Assembly: GCA_014905635.1 (NCBI GenBank)
Contig: JABVCE010000021.1
Coordinates: forward strand, 186,001-250,000
Length of the DNA: 64,000 nucleotides
Reading direction: 5' to 3'
Source of the DNA: Scenedesmus sp. PABB004
Lineage: Eukaryota
The notes beneath the pieces are model-generated. The model made no database searches and was not told the DNA's origin. It worked only from the letters and a program-made list of their open reading frames with translations. How positions within the stretch are numbered: the first letter of the stretch is position 1; each line of letters starts with the position of its first letter. Shown here in pieces: positions 22,083 through 34,022 of the stretch. The translations under genes and the position numbers were made by a program.

Positions 22083-23895
22083 GCGCGCTGCAGGAGCCGG
22101 CGGTCGCGGTGCACGCGGCCGCGCCGCACGAGCTGTCGCGCTTTTGCAACCAGTGCTTTAAGTTTGAGCCCCTCACCGCGTTTGACGGCGCCAAGCGGTG
22201 CGGCGCGCGCCCGGCCACGCGACGCGCGCGCCCCACGCCCACGCGCCGTGCCCGCCGCGCCGACGCGCGCCCCCGCCGCGCCGCGCGCCGCGCAGGGGCT
22301 GCCGCGTCTCGCTCGCCAAGCGGCGCGAGCGGCAGCGCCGCAAGAAGGCCCAGCCCCCCGCGGCGGGCGCGCAGCCCGGCCCGCCGGGGGCGGCCTGCCC
22401 ACCGACCGGCGCGAGCGGGGCCAGCGCCGCGCTCGGCCCGCTGCAGGTGCTGCTGCTGTCGGCGGACGCGCCGCTGCCGCCCGGCGGCGGCGGGGCGCTG
22501 CTGGAGCAGCTGCCGAGCGAGCTGCTGGTGCTCCGCGGCATGTCGGCGGACCTCGGCAGCCTGCTGGACGACGTCGACGACCCAGCCGGCCCCGGCGGCG
22601 CGCCCGCGCCGCACGGCCCGCCCCTGCCCCAGCCAGGCTGCGCGCCGTGGCCGGCGTGGCCCGGCCCCGGCGCGGGCCTGCCTGCAGGCAGCGGCGGCAT
22701 GCCGCGGCCCGCGGCGCCGCCGCTGCCGCCGGTGCCGGGCGCGCACGCGCCGCTGGCCGCGGCCGCGTCCGTCGCGGCCTCCCACCACTCACTTGCGCGG
22801 CCGTGCGCCGCGCTGTCGCCGGCGTCGGTGGGCTGCGCCAGCAGCAGCGGCGGCGACAGCGGCAGCGGCAGCGAGGCGAGCGGGTCGCCGCGTGGCGGCG
22901 CCGCGGCGGCGGCCGGGGAGGGCTGCGACGACGTGGCCAGCATGCTCAGCGGTGGCGGCGTGGCCGACTCGGCCTGCGGCTCGTGCGGCTCGGCGCAGGG
23001 CCGCCGCGCGCCCGCGCGGCGCGGCAGCAAGCGCCAGCTGTCGGCGGGCCCGCCCGACGGGGGCAGGGGCGGGCGCAGCAAGCTGGGGGACGTGCTGCGC
23101 GCGACGCTGCAGCGCGCGCAGGCGAGCGCGGGGGCGTGGCGCGACCAGGCGGCGGCCCGCCACTCGGGCGGCCCCGACCACGCGTGCCCGGCCGCGGAGC
23201 AGCAGCTCGCCGCGGCGCCGGAGCCGCGCCCCGGCAGCGCGCCGCCGCAGCAGGGCCCCGCGCGCTGGCCGGATGCCGCGCTCGCGCCGGGGGGCCTCAC
23301 CGCGGCCGCGAGCGCTGCGGCCCCGGGCGGCGGCGGCGTGGTCATTGATGCCATGCTGGACGAGCTCGCCGTCTGGTACGCGTTTGGCGGCGCGGAGGGC
23401 GTGCGGCAGCCGCGCGCGGCAGCCGCCGCCGCGGCCGACGAGGGCGCCAGCCCCGGGCGTGGGCCCGCGGGCGCTGCCGGCGACATGTCGATCGAGCTGC
23501 CCGCGCTGCCGGCGCCGGCGCCCGGCGCGGCCGCCGGCGCGCTGAGCGCGCCGTCACTCTACGAGCAGCGCGTGGCGGAGGCGCAGCTGCAGCTGCAGCA
23601 TGAGTGCGGCGGCGGCGCCGCCTGGCCGGGCGCGCAGCTGGTCAGCTCGCTGAGCGAGCCCGCGGGCGGCGCGTGGCGGCCGCCGGCGGCGCCGCTGCAC
23701 CCGCAGGACGTCTGGGGCGCCTGCGCCGGCGCGCCGCCGTGCGCCAGCGACGCCGCCGCCGCGGCGGCGGTGGCCGCGCGCAACGCGGAGCTGGAGCAGC
23801 AGCTCGCGGCGGTGCGGCAGCAGATGGCCGACATGCAGCGGACCATCCGCAGCCTCCAAGGCGAGCGAGGCGAGCCCGCGCCGCACGCGCAGTGA
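21292..23895 (+). CDS. SBP-box (SPL) transcription factor
   Basis: Exons 21292-21900, 22094-22197, 22296-23895. CQVDGC...YSGRYRVCPHH...RFCNQCFKFEPLTAFDGAKR|GCRVSLAKRRERQRRKK; C-terminal coiled coil. Confidence 0.9.
21941..22081. repeat. Intronic (GCGCCCAC)n 8-bp minisatellite (~10 copies) followed by (GCC)n
   Basis: Directly visible in SBP intron 1. Confidence 0.9.
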
Positions 23896-25162
23896 GCGCT
23901 GCAGCGGAGGGCCCCTCTGCACCGCCGCGTGGCTCCGCCTGCGCGCGTGCGCGGCGGTGCCCGATCCCGCCCGCGGCACTGGCATCGGTGCCAGCGCCGC
24001 GGAGCCCAGCACTTGCACTCACTCACTCACTCGGCGCCGCCTCGGGCGGCTGTGCTGCCCGCGCGCCGGGGCGGCGGCGACGCCGCGGGGCCGCCTGTCG
24101 CGCTGTGTTGGTTGCACGGCCCGTCGCGCTGGGTGCTGTGGCGCGGGGCCCGCCGCGCGGGCGCCGCCAGCACCGAGCTGGTTGATCTGTCCCAGGCATG
24201 CACGCGCACGCGCTGCTGATGTGATCGGTTGTTGACCCCGCATTTTTGGGCGGGGCAGCCGGGGCTCGTTGAACCGAGCCCCGGCTGCCTCGCACCCTGT
24301 CCCTATTACACTGCGTTTTGTTTTCTCGACCACGCACACACAAATGCAACGGCCGCGGGCCGTGCGCACTGCGGGGCCGCCGCATGCGCAGGGGGGGGGG
24401 GTGCTGCGTGCGCCGTGTGCGCGGCCGCGTGACGGATGGAGGGGTTGTGCTGTCGTCGTCGATGCTCGGCGCTGCGATACAGTCCCGTCAGGCGATGCCT
24501 CATCCCCTTGTATTGCTTTGCTTTGCTTACGTGCTTACGTGCCAAGTGTGTCGTCCAACAAACGTAGGCACAGGTTTGGCGCCTGACACAACAACCAGCA
24601 AGGGCGTCGCGCCGAGGGTGCGCGCCCGGCGGGCCACCGTGGGCGGCGCGCGCGTCGTGAGGCTTTACGACCAAGAAAGCTTCGGCCAAGAAAGTTTGAA
24701 TGACCAGGGCAAGAAAGGGGCGGGGCGTTGACGACAAACGCGCGTGCGCGCGTCGGTCCGGCGGCGGAGCGGTTGTGACGACTGTCTGTCAATCCGCGTC
24801 TCAACCCTCGCGCCGGCAGCGCCGGCCCCTCAAGCCGCCGGCCACGCTCGCACCCGCCAAGCACGTGCACGCCGCCCTCGATCGATCTTGCCGGCGTCAG
24901 CAGCAGCGGCGGCAGCAGCGGCGCGCCGCCCGCCTCTCTGCCCCGCCCCCCCGCGGTTGCCGCCCCCGCACGGCCGTTCGGGCGCGCCACGCCCGTCTCA
25001 GCCCGAGATCTTGCTCCCGCGCGCGCCTCGTGCGCGCCCCGCGCGCACCCCGGAGCAGCAGCAGCGATGGCGCGGCCCGCCCCGGCGCCCTGAGGGCGGG
25101 CGCAGCCGGAGCGGCGGTTGTTCGTGCGTATACGCTCCTGCTGGTCTTCCCGGGACGCGCCG

Positions 25163-28100
25163 ATGAGCCGGCGGCGCATCAACGTCGCGGTGGTGGGGGA
25201 CCGGGGGTCGGGCAAGACCAGCCTCATCACCTCCTCCGCGCACGAGGTCTTCAGCGAGCGGCCCGTGCCGGTGCTGCCGCCCACGCGCTTCCCCGCCGAC
25301 TTTGCGGTCGTGTCGGAGCCGGTGGACGTCGTCGCGTACGACACCTCCTCCCGGCCCGAGGACGCGACGGCGGTCGACGAGACGATCAAGGCCGCCGACG
25401 TGATCATCGTCTGCTTCGACGCCCAGCGCCGCGCCACGCTGCAGCGCCTGCGCAGCGACTGGCTGCCGCGCGTGAGCCACCTGCGCCCCGCCGCGCCCGT
25501 CATCGTCGCGTGCTGCAAGGACGACACCGAGGACACGCTGCCGACAGACCAGATCCGCGAGGCGCGCGCCCGCCGCGCCCCCCACGCCCGCCGCGCCCTG
25601 CCACGCCCGCCGCCGCCGCAGCGCCCGCGCCGCGCCCCACGCTGCCCCCTCACACAACACACACGCACACACACACAACACACACACGCGCCCCACAGTT
25701 CATGGAGGCGCTGATCCGTGAGTTCCCGGTCATCGAGGTCTCCATCCGCACGAGCGCCAAGAAGCTGCGCAGCGTGCTCGACGTCTTCTACCAGGCGCGG
25801 CGCGCGCGACGCGCGCGCTGCGCGTGCTGCGCGCGTGCTGCGCTGTGCTGCGCGCGGCACGCCCAGTGTGCTGCGCGCGGCGCGTCCAGCGCATGCCCGG
25901 CGCGCGGCCAGCACGCGTCCGGCACGCGGCCAGCCACGCGGCCAGCCGCGCGCCGGACGTGTGCTGGCCGCGCGCGGCGCGCGCGCGCGGCGCGTGCTGG
26001 GCGCATGCTGGGCGCGTGCGTCTGCGCGCGTCATGGCCGTGCGGCGGCGCCGCGCGCCCCCGGCCAACGCCCCCCCCCCCCTCCCTCCCTCCCCCCCCCC
26101 CCCCCCACGCCCCCGCCCCACGGCCCCTGCGCGCTGTGCAGGGCATCAAGACCGTGCTCTACCCCAAGGCCCCGCTGCTGGACGCCACCACGGGCCGCCT
26201 GACCACGCCGTGCGTCAAGGCGCTGCTGCGCATCTTCCTCATGTGTGACCACGACGGGGTGCGCTGCACGCCGCGACGCGCCGGCGCCGCTAGCACCAGC
26301 CGACGCGCACCGCACCGCACCACGCCCGCGCCGCCGCCGGGGGCGGCGGCGCGGCGGCACAGCCGCGAGCGCCGCGGGTGGCGGGGCCACGGGGCGGAGG
26401 GGCGCCGGCGCGCGCAGCGGGAGGGCGCGCGGCGCGGCGTCGGGGCGGCGGGGCGCGAGCGCTGCGCGCCCGCGCGCGCGCCGCCGACGGCCGCGCCGCC
26501 CCGCCGCACGCGTGCGTGCGCGCGTGCGTGCGCCAGGACGGCGCGCTGAACGACGAGGAGCTCAACGCGTTCCAGTTCCTCTGCTTCGGCCAGCCCCTCA
26601 CGCCCGACGAGCTCGGCAGCGTGCGGCAGATGGTCGCGGAGCGCATGGCCGACGGCCTCAACGACGCGGGTGCGCCCCGCGCGGCAGCGCGCGGGGCCCG
26701 CGCCGCGCCGTTGCCCCCGCCCGCCGCCGCCGCCACCGCGCCCCGGCCGCCCACCCAACCCGCCCACGCACCACGCCCACCCACCCCGCCCACCCACACA
26801 CCACACGCCCACGCCCATGCCCACGCCCACGCCCACGCCCACGCACCCACGCCCCCCCCCCCCCACACACACACACGCACACAAACACGCCCACGCCCAC
26901 GCCCACCCACCCACGCCCACCCACCCACCCCGCCCAGGCCTGCTCTTTCCGGGGTTCATGTACCTCCACACCCTCTTCCTCACGCGCGGCCGCCTGGAGA
27001 GCACGTGGACGGTGCTCAAGCTCTTTGGTGCGGGACGCGCGGCGCGGCGGCGCGGCGCGGCGGGGCGCGGCGCGAGGGAGGGCGGGAGGGCGGCGGGTCG
27101 GCGGCGGGCGGGCGGGTTGGCGAGCAGGCGTGCGGGCGGCGGGCGGCGAGCGGCCGCGCCGCGCCGCGCGCAGGCTACAACGAGCAGCTGCGCATCTCCG
27201 ACGCCGCGCTCGACCGCCTCCCGCGCGCGGGCCCCGGCGCCGGCGGCGGCGGCGCCGACGGCCACGCGGCGCCGCACGGCGGCGCCGGCGCCGCCGACGC
27301 GGGCGGCGGCGGCGCCGGCGCTGGCGGCGCCGGCGGCGGCGGCGGCTCTGGCAGCGGCGGCGCGGGCAGCGTGCTGGAGCTGAGCGAGCAGGCGGTGCTG
27401 TACCTGGGTCACGTGTTTGACATCTACGACTCCTCCCGCACCGGCGTGCTGAGCGCGATGGACCTGGAGCACATGTTCAACCGCGCGCCCGTGCCCATCT
27501 ACCAGGTGGGGCGTGTGTGTGGGCGTGCGTGTGCGTGCGTGTGTGTGTATTGGGGGGGGGGTGGGTGTGGGGCACGGGCTGCGGGGCGGCGTGGCCGGCC
27601 AGGCGGCGGCGGCGCCCACGGCTGGCTGATGCCCCCCGCCCGTGCCTCCCCGCCCCGCGCGGGCGCAGGTCGAGTGCTGGACGCGCGTGCTCGTCGCGGG
27701 CGGCGGCGGCGGCACGCCCGGCGGCGCGCCCGGGTGCGGCGGGCTGACCAAGGAGGGGTTCATCACGCGCTGGCGCGCGACCGCGCTCGAGGCGCCACGC
27801 ATCGCGTTTGAGCAGGCGCGCCTGCTGCGGCCGCCGCTGGCTGCGGCGGCAGCGCGGGAGGGGGGGGGGGGCTGCGCCGCCACCAACCCTCGACTCAATC
27901 CCTCCCTCCCCCCCCCCCCCCCCTCCCAGATGCTCTACCTGGGCATGGGCGGCCGCTGCGGCGAGGACGCGGCGCGCCTGTTCAGCGTGCGCCCGCGGCG
28001 GCGCCGCGGCGACCGCAAGACGGGCGAGCTCGCCGAGCGCACCACGCTCGTGGCGGGGCTCTTTGGCGGGCTGGCGGTGGGCAAGAGCAGCCTCATCAAA

Positions 28101-29389
28101 GTGAGTGTGCGACCCGCTTGAGCGGGGCTTGGGGAAGCGCGCGGCGGCGGCCGCAGCGCCAGCGCGGGCTCAGGCCGCTGGCGCCGCGCCCCGAGCCTGC
28201 GCGCGCCGCGCCGCGCCGCGGCCCCGCGCGCGCAGGCGCTGGCGGGCCGGCACTACGGCGAGGCGCTGCACGGCCTGCTGACCGCGGCGGGGTCGACCAG
28301 CAGCCTGGTGGAGGGCGCGCCGCGCACGCTCGTCATCCATGAGGTGCGGCCGGCCGCAGAGCCAAGCGGCCCGCTGCGTGGCGGCGGCGCGGCCGGCCGC
28401 CCGCCCGCCCGCCGGACGCCCACGGCCCACGGCCCGCGCGGCCGCCCCGCGCTGCGGCAGGCGAGCGCCGCGGCGAGCGCGGACGACCCCACGCTCGACC
28501 TGTCGGGCCTGGACGTCGCGGGCGTGATGTTTGACAGCGCCGAGCCGAGCAGCTTTGACGCGGCGCTCGCGCTGCTCGTCGGCCTCAGCGGCCGCGCCGG
28601 CGACAGCCTGCCGTTTGTGCTCATCGCGTCAAAGGACGACCTCGGCATGTCCAGCGTGCGCGCGCGCGGCGTGGCGATTGGCGCGGCGGCGGCGGCGGCG
28701 ACCGCGGCGGCCGCGGCTGCGGCGGGCGCGCGGGCGGCGGGCTGGGGCGCGAGGGGCGGGCGCGCGCGGGCGGCCGGCGACGCGGCGCGCGCCTCCGCCG
28801 TGCCGCCGCGCAGGAGCTGGAGGCGCGCGTGCACGCGGCGTGCCGCGAGCTGTGCCTGCCGCTGCCCATCCCCGTCTCCGTGCTGCTGGGCAGCCTCGGC
28901 CACCAGCCCGACGCCGCGGGCGCGGCGGCCGCCGCCGCCGCGGCCGCCGCTGCGGGCGGCGCGGGCGCCGCCGCGCACGCGGCTGCCGCAGCCGCGGCGG
29001 CAGCGGCGGCGGCGTCCGCGAGCGGCGGCAGCAGCAACGTGTTTGTCTCGCTGCTGCTCGCGGCGCTGCACCCGGAGGGCCACGTCCCCGACACGCCCGC
29101 ACGCAAGGTGCGCGGGCGGACGCGCCGCCCGCGCTCCCGCGCCGCGCGGCGCCGCCTGCCTGCCCTTCCCTCCGACCCGCCCCCGCCCCGCCCCGCGCGT
29201 GCGCAGGCGCGCCGGAGAAACATGCGGCGCCTGCTGCTGGCCGGCGGCGTGGCGGTCGCGGGGCTGGCGGGCGCCTATGCAGCCCACCGCCTCTACACCT
29301 CGCTCGGCGGCGCGCGCGGCGCCGGCAGCGCCGGCAGCGCCACCGGCGGCGGCAGCGCCACCGGCGGCGGCGGCGGCGGCAAGCAGTGA
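25163..29389 (+). CDS. MIRO1: Mitochondrial Rho GTPase Miro
   Basis: 12 exons: 25163-25561, 25699-25794, 26142-26258, 26537-26669, 26938-27027, 27174-27505, 27669-27815, 27930-28100, 28236-28343, 28461-28655, 28814-29107, 29207-29389. GDRGSGKTSL, DTSS, CKDD; EF-hands DHDGDGALNDEEL and DSSRTGVLSAMDL; RGRLESTWTVL; second GTPase GKSSL/SKDDL; C-terminal TM anchor. Confidence 0.95.
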
Positions 29390-30396
29390 CGCGAGGGGGG
29401 CTGCGGCGGCGGGCGGCGCCGGGTGTCGGCGACTCGGGCGGCGGCTCGCGCGGCGGACCCCAGGGAGCGTTACCCCGTCGCGGCAAGCAACGCGGCAAGC
29501 AATCAGCCGCGCCCGCAATCAATCGGCCGCGCCCGCGCCCGCACCCAAGAGTTGGCCCACACGGCAGCTCGCCGCAGCGCGCGTTCAAATAAATACGACC
29601 CCCCCCCCTCCCCACTTCTGTACACGGGCTCCGACACAGCACTGCAGCTGCAGCCAGAGCCGCCGACAGCGCTGACGGCCGGCCGTCAGCGCAGGGGTAG
29701 CCGCGCGCCAGGCGCGCGGCCAGCCAAGGCCCTCCCACCCACCCACCCGCCCATAAACGGAGCGCCTGGCGGTGGCAGCCGAGTGCATCCCCTTCCTCCT
29801 CCCGAGGCGCACACCTGCCTGTCGGTCGGTGGCCCTTCCCCTCCTCCTCCTCCGCGGAGCCGCGGAACGGCTGCAGGCCGCACTCACACACACACCCAGC
29901 ACACACCCATACACACACACATACACACGCGCGCAGCACGCTTGCACGCGCCTGACAAGCCATCCATCGGTGGCGGGCATCGCCGCCGTTCTTTGCCCAG
30001 GCACCTCATCGCACCCATATGAGAGCGTAGAGCAAGCAGCAGTGCAGGCGCCTGCGAACAAGGAAGCGTGTTCATGGCCGAGCCGACCACAAGCGGCACA
30101 GCTGCCTCCTGTTCTGAAACAGTAGCGTTGCCACAGGTTGGTTGGCCACAAGTGCGTGGGCCCACAAGCGGGGGCCCACGGTGCAGCACCGCTTGCCACG
30201 TGCACCATTGGTGTTATTTGCGGTTATAGTGCCGAGCGGGGCTCCGAGCTCGGCGCCTCAGCATGCGGCAGGGTGGTGGTCGCCCCCGCAGCGCCGCAGC
30301 GCCGCGCTGGGCGCGCGCACTGGCAGGCCGGGCTCAGCCTGCGTGCGTCCAAGAAATAAACTCAAGGCAAGGTGATGGATGCAGCAAGGCAGTCCA

Positions 30397-30593
30397 GCCA
30401 AGTTGATGCGTCGCGGGGTGCTGAGTCAGCACCCGAGTGATCAACTCGGGAAGTTCCGGCAGTGCTCAGCACCCCGCTGAGCAGTGCTGGGTGCAGGCTC
30501 AGCGCGCCAGCAGGGCCGCAGGCCGCGGCGGCCGGGCCGTCGGCGCTCGCCCAGGTTTGGGTGGCGGCGCACCGACGCGCCGGCCAAGTTGAT
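30397..30593. other. Palindrome-rich intergenic element between 11-bp direct repeats (possible non-autonomous transposon or structured RNA)
   Basis: GCCAAGTTGAT at 30397-30407 and 30583-30593; 13-bp inverted repeat at 30413-30425/30465-30477; four internal hairpins. Confidence 0.4.
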
Positions 30594-30698
30594 TGACGAT
30601 TGGGGCGCTGTTTATTATTGGAGTGCTGGTTGGGCGCGCGGCGCGCCCGCGGCGCCGCGCCCGCGGCGCGCCCGCGGCGCCGCGCCCGCGGCGCGCGC

Positions 30699-32461
30699 TC
30701 ACAGGCAGGTGGGCCACGCCTGGCCGCACACAGCCATGACCTGGTGCAGCTGCGACAGCTCGGCCGTGAGCACGCGCATCTGCTGCTGCATCGCCGCCAG
30801 GCGGCCGCTGCGCGAGGCTGCGGCCGCTGCGGTGGTGAGCGGGCCGCCCGCCCTGGCCGCCTGGCCCCCGCCGCGCTGCCCCGTCAGCTGCGCGAGCTGC
30901 TGCCGGAACGCCACGTCGCTGAGGGCGCCCGGGAAGGCGGCCGGCGACACGTGACCGGACGCCAGCGCGCGCGGCACGCTGCTGCCCGCCGGGGCGGCCG
31001 CCGCGCTGGCTGCCCAGCCGCTGAGCGGCACGAACGCGCCGTCGAGCGCAGACTGGCACGCCGGCGCCGGCGCCGCGCACTCTGCGGCGCTGGCGGCGAG
31101 CGCCTCGTCGTACAGCACGTCGAGCAGCTGGTCCAGCTGGTCCAGCTGGTCCAGCGCCTCGAGCTGCCCCGCGTCCACCTTGCCGGCGGCAGCCGCGCCG
31201 TGGCTGCCGCCCGGCGCGCGCGGCGCCAGCGGCCGCGCCGGGGCGGCGGCATGAGGCCGGCGACCGGGTGCGCGTGCGCCAGCGCAGCGCCGCCCGGCGC
31301 GGCCAGGCCGGCGGTCGCGTCGCTCAGGCCGCTGCCCATGCTGGTCGTGCACGCAATCTGCTGGCAGCTCGCGACCTTGCGCACCGGCGCCTGCAGGGGC
31401 GCGCTGCAGGCGGCGCTGTCGATGCTGCCCTGACGCGCCAGCGGCGGCGCGCCGCCCTGCTGCCGCTCCAGCGCCTCCGCCTCGGCCGCGAGCTCTGCCA
31501 CCAGGGCCGCCTCGCCGCCGGCGCCCAGCAGCAGGTCGGCGTCGGCGTCGCCGGCCATGGCCAGCATCCACGCGCCAAACTCATCGCGCTCGCCCGCCGG
31601 CGCGCCGGCCTCGCCCGCCGGCGCGCCGGCCTCGCCCGCCAGCGCGCCGGCCTCGCCCGCCGCGCTCGCGGAGCTGTCCGCCGAGTCGGCCGACGGCGCG
31701 CCGCAGGCCTTCACCGGGTACGGCGCGGTGCGCGCGCGCTTGGTCGCCGGCAGGTCGCAGGGCGCGAGCTCGGGCGGACCGCGCACCGCCAGCGGGCCGG
31801 GCCAGTCCAGCTCGCCCTCACCTCTCCCCAGGAGAAAGCCAAAGCGGTCGCAAGCGCTCACGCCACCGACGGCGGCGGGCGGCGGCGTGCAGCCGAGGCG
31901 CGCCGCATTGCCGACCGCGCGGCGGTGCTTCTCGCTCGCGCGGCGGCGCTCCAGGCGGGCGCGGCAGCTGCGCTTGCCGCGGTCGAACCGCTCCACGGCC
32001 TCGAAGCTCCCGCACTGGTGGCAGAAGCGGTACAGGCCGTCGCCGTGCGTCGCCGCGTCGAGCTGCACCGCCGCAGCCTGGGGGGGGGGGGGACGGCCGC
32101 GCGGCGGGACGGCGCGCGGTGGGGCGCGGTTGGGTGCCCGCGCGGGCGCGTCCGCGCCGGCCGATCACCCCGCGCCGTCGGCGCGGGCCCGCGCGGCCCG
32201 GCGTCGACGCAGCGCGTTGGGCGCCCGAACTCACCGCCAGGTGCCAGGGGCAGGTCCGGCGCTTGACGCTGTACGGCTTGCCCAGGGCGGTGAGGTTGAC
32301 GCCGCAGCCGCGAACCTGCGCCGGCAGGGCGGGCGGGCGCGAAGAGGTCGGCGCGAGGGCAAGGTCTGGTCGATGAGCACTCTCGGCACCGCAGCGCGCC
32401 GCGCCGTGGGCTGCAGCGGGAATCGCTGGATTGCGGCGCGCACCTGGCAGTTCACGCCCAT
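30699..32461 (-). CDS. SBP-box (SPL) transcription factor, second paralog
   Basis: Exons 32461-32444, 32315-32235, 32077-30699. MGVNCQ|VRGC...YSVKRRTCPWHLA|...RFCHQCGSFEAVERFDRGKRSCRARLERRR; C-terminal coiled coil. Needs a 1-nt correction near 31240. Confidence 0.85.
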
Positions 32462-34022
32462 GCTTGCTGGCGCCGCACGTGGTGTTGATGGCAATCGGGG
32501 GTCGAGCTCCGGGCGCCGACTGCAGCGGCCCCGCGCGCGGTCCGCCTGCACAGGGACCTACCTGTGCGCCCGGCGGTCGCTTTGCGGGCGGCGGCGGGCC
32601 GAGCGGGGACGCGGTCTGGCGCGGCCGGTGCGGTCTGGGCGAGGTCGCCGTGTCAGGACACAAGTCGCCCCCCGTGCACTTCCGCCCAGCCCGCGGCCGA
32701 TGCTGTGCAGCGCAAGAGCAGGCCAAGGCGAAGCCATGCACTCTCGCATACCGCGCGGGCCGTATGAGCGGCGGGGCGACCCAAGAATCAGCCGCGCAGC
32801 GGGACAACGCGGCGGCGCCGCGACCCGGCGCTCCACCGACTGGGTACGCGCCGCCGCCAGCAGGTGCGGCGGCGTGTTTGCGGGCTCGTCGGCGGAGCGC
32901 TCGCGTGCGAGCGCCGGTGCGGGCGTGTGCGACGTCACCCGCGCCGGCGCTCTGCTGCGTCGAGCGGCCGGCGTCGACGCAGCGTCGGCGGCGGGGGCGG
33001 CGCAGCGGCCGGCTCGGCACCTTCGAAGGGCGACCGGCCCCCGCCGGCCCGGCCGCGCACGGGCTCTGCCCGCGGCGCGGCACGCCAGCGGCAGCCGGTC
33101 AACGAGGGGCGCCGCTCGACGCAGCGCGCGCGTGCCGGGACCGGCCCGCGCTGCGCGAGAGCGCGGCGCGTGGCAGCTGTGACCGCCGCGTTCGCGTGGC
33201 TGCTGCGCGGCGCGCTCGCGTCGGCCCGGCGGGGGGGGGGGCGGCGTCACCGCCGCGTTCGCTGTCAGCCCGGGCGGGGCGTGGGGCCCGCGGCGGCAGC
33301 GCCGTTGCACTGCCTGAGGCGCACACCTGACACTGCGGTCGCCGCGCGACCGCTGAGCGAGTCAGCGGGCTGGCGCCGGGGCACCGGCGCTCAGCGTCAC
33401 CGGCGCGCGCCGCTGCTGCTCCCCGGTGCTGCTGCCTGCCGCAGCCAGGGAGCGCTGCGTGCGCTGGGTGGTCAGGGATCCCTTACGGCCCCATCGCGCC
33501 GGCATCCCGCGCCCGTTGGAACCACACGACGTGGTCTGTGGGTGGGAGACTGGGGTTAAGCCTGAGCCGCATCACGCCCGCAGCGCCCCGTCGCCACGCT
33601 CGACGCGCTGCCGCGACGCAACTACGCCGCTCGCACCCCTCCCTGCGCCGGCCACCCGCCGCGCGACCCCCCAGAGCTCAGCTCGTGCCTGGTGAGCACG
33701 CGCTGCGCCGCGCGCGCCCGGCGAAGCGCGCCGATCGCCCCGCCCGGGGGCGCCGGACAGGCCCGGCCAGCGATCCAGCGGAGCGCGGCGGCGCCATGAG
33801 CGCGCCATGCGCCGGGCCGAGCTGGTGGCAGGGGGGCCTCAACGCCCCGCGCGCCGCGCGCTCTATCGCGCCCAGCGCCCGTCGCGTTGGGCAGGGTGGT
33901 GCATGGCACGCCGAACGCGCCGCGCGCGGGGCCCGTTTGGCACCCGAACGCACTCCGATGACCCCTCTCGCGCGATCCGCCGCTCGCAGGGCCCCCCACC
34001 CCTCCCGTCGCCCACCTCCACC

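Noticed and set aside
20075..23895. Amine oxidase-SBP fusion protein
   Set aside because: Neither read-through nor the 20711-21269 splice is in the SBP frame.
30125..30185. Degenerate GCCACAAG repeats
   Set aside because: Short and irregular; no supportable function.
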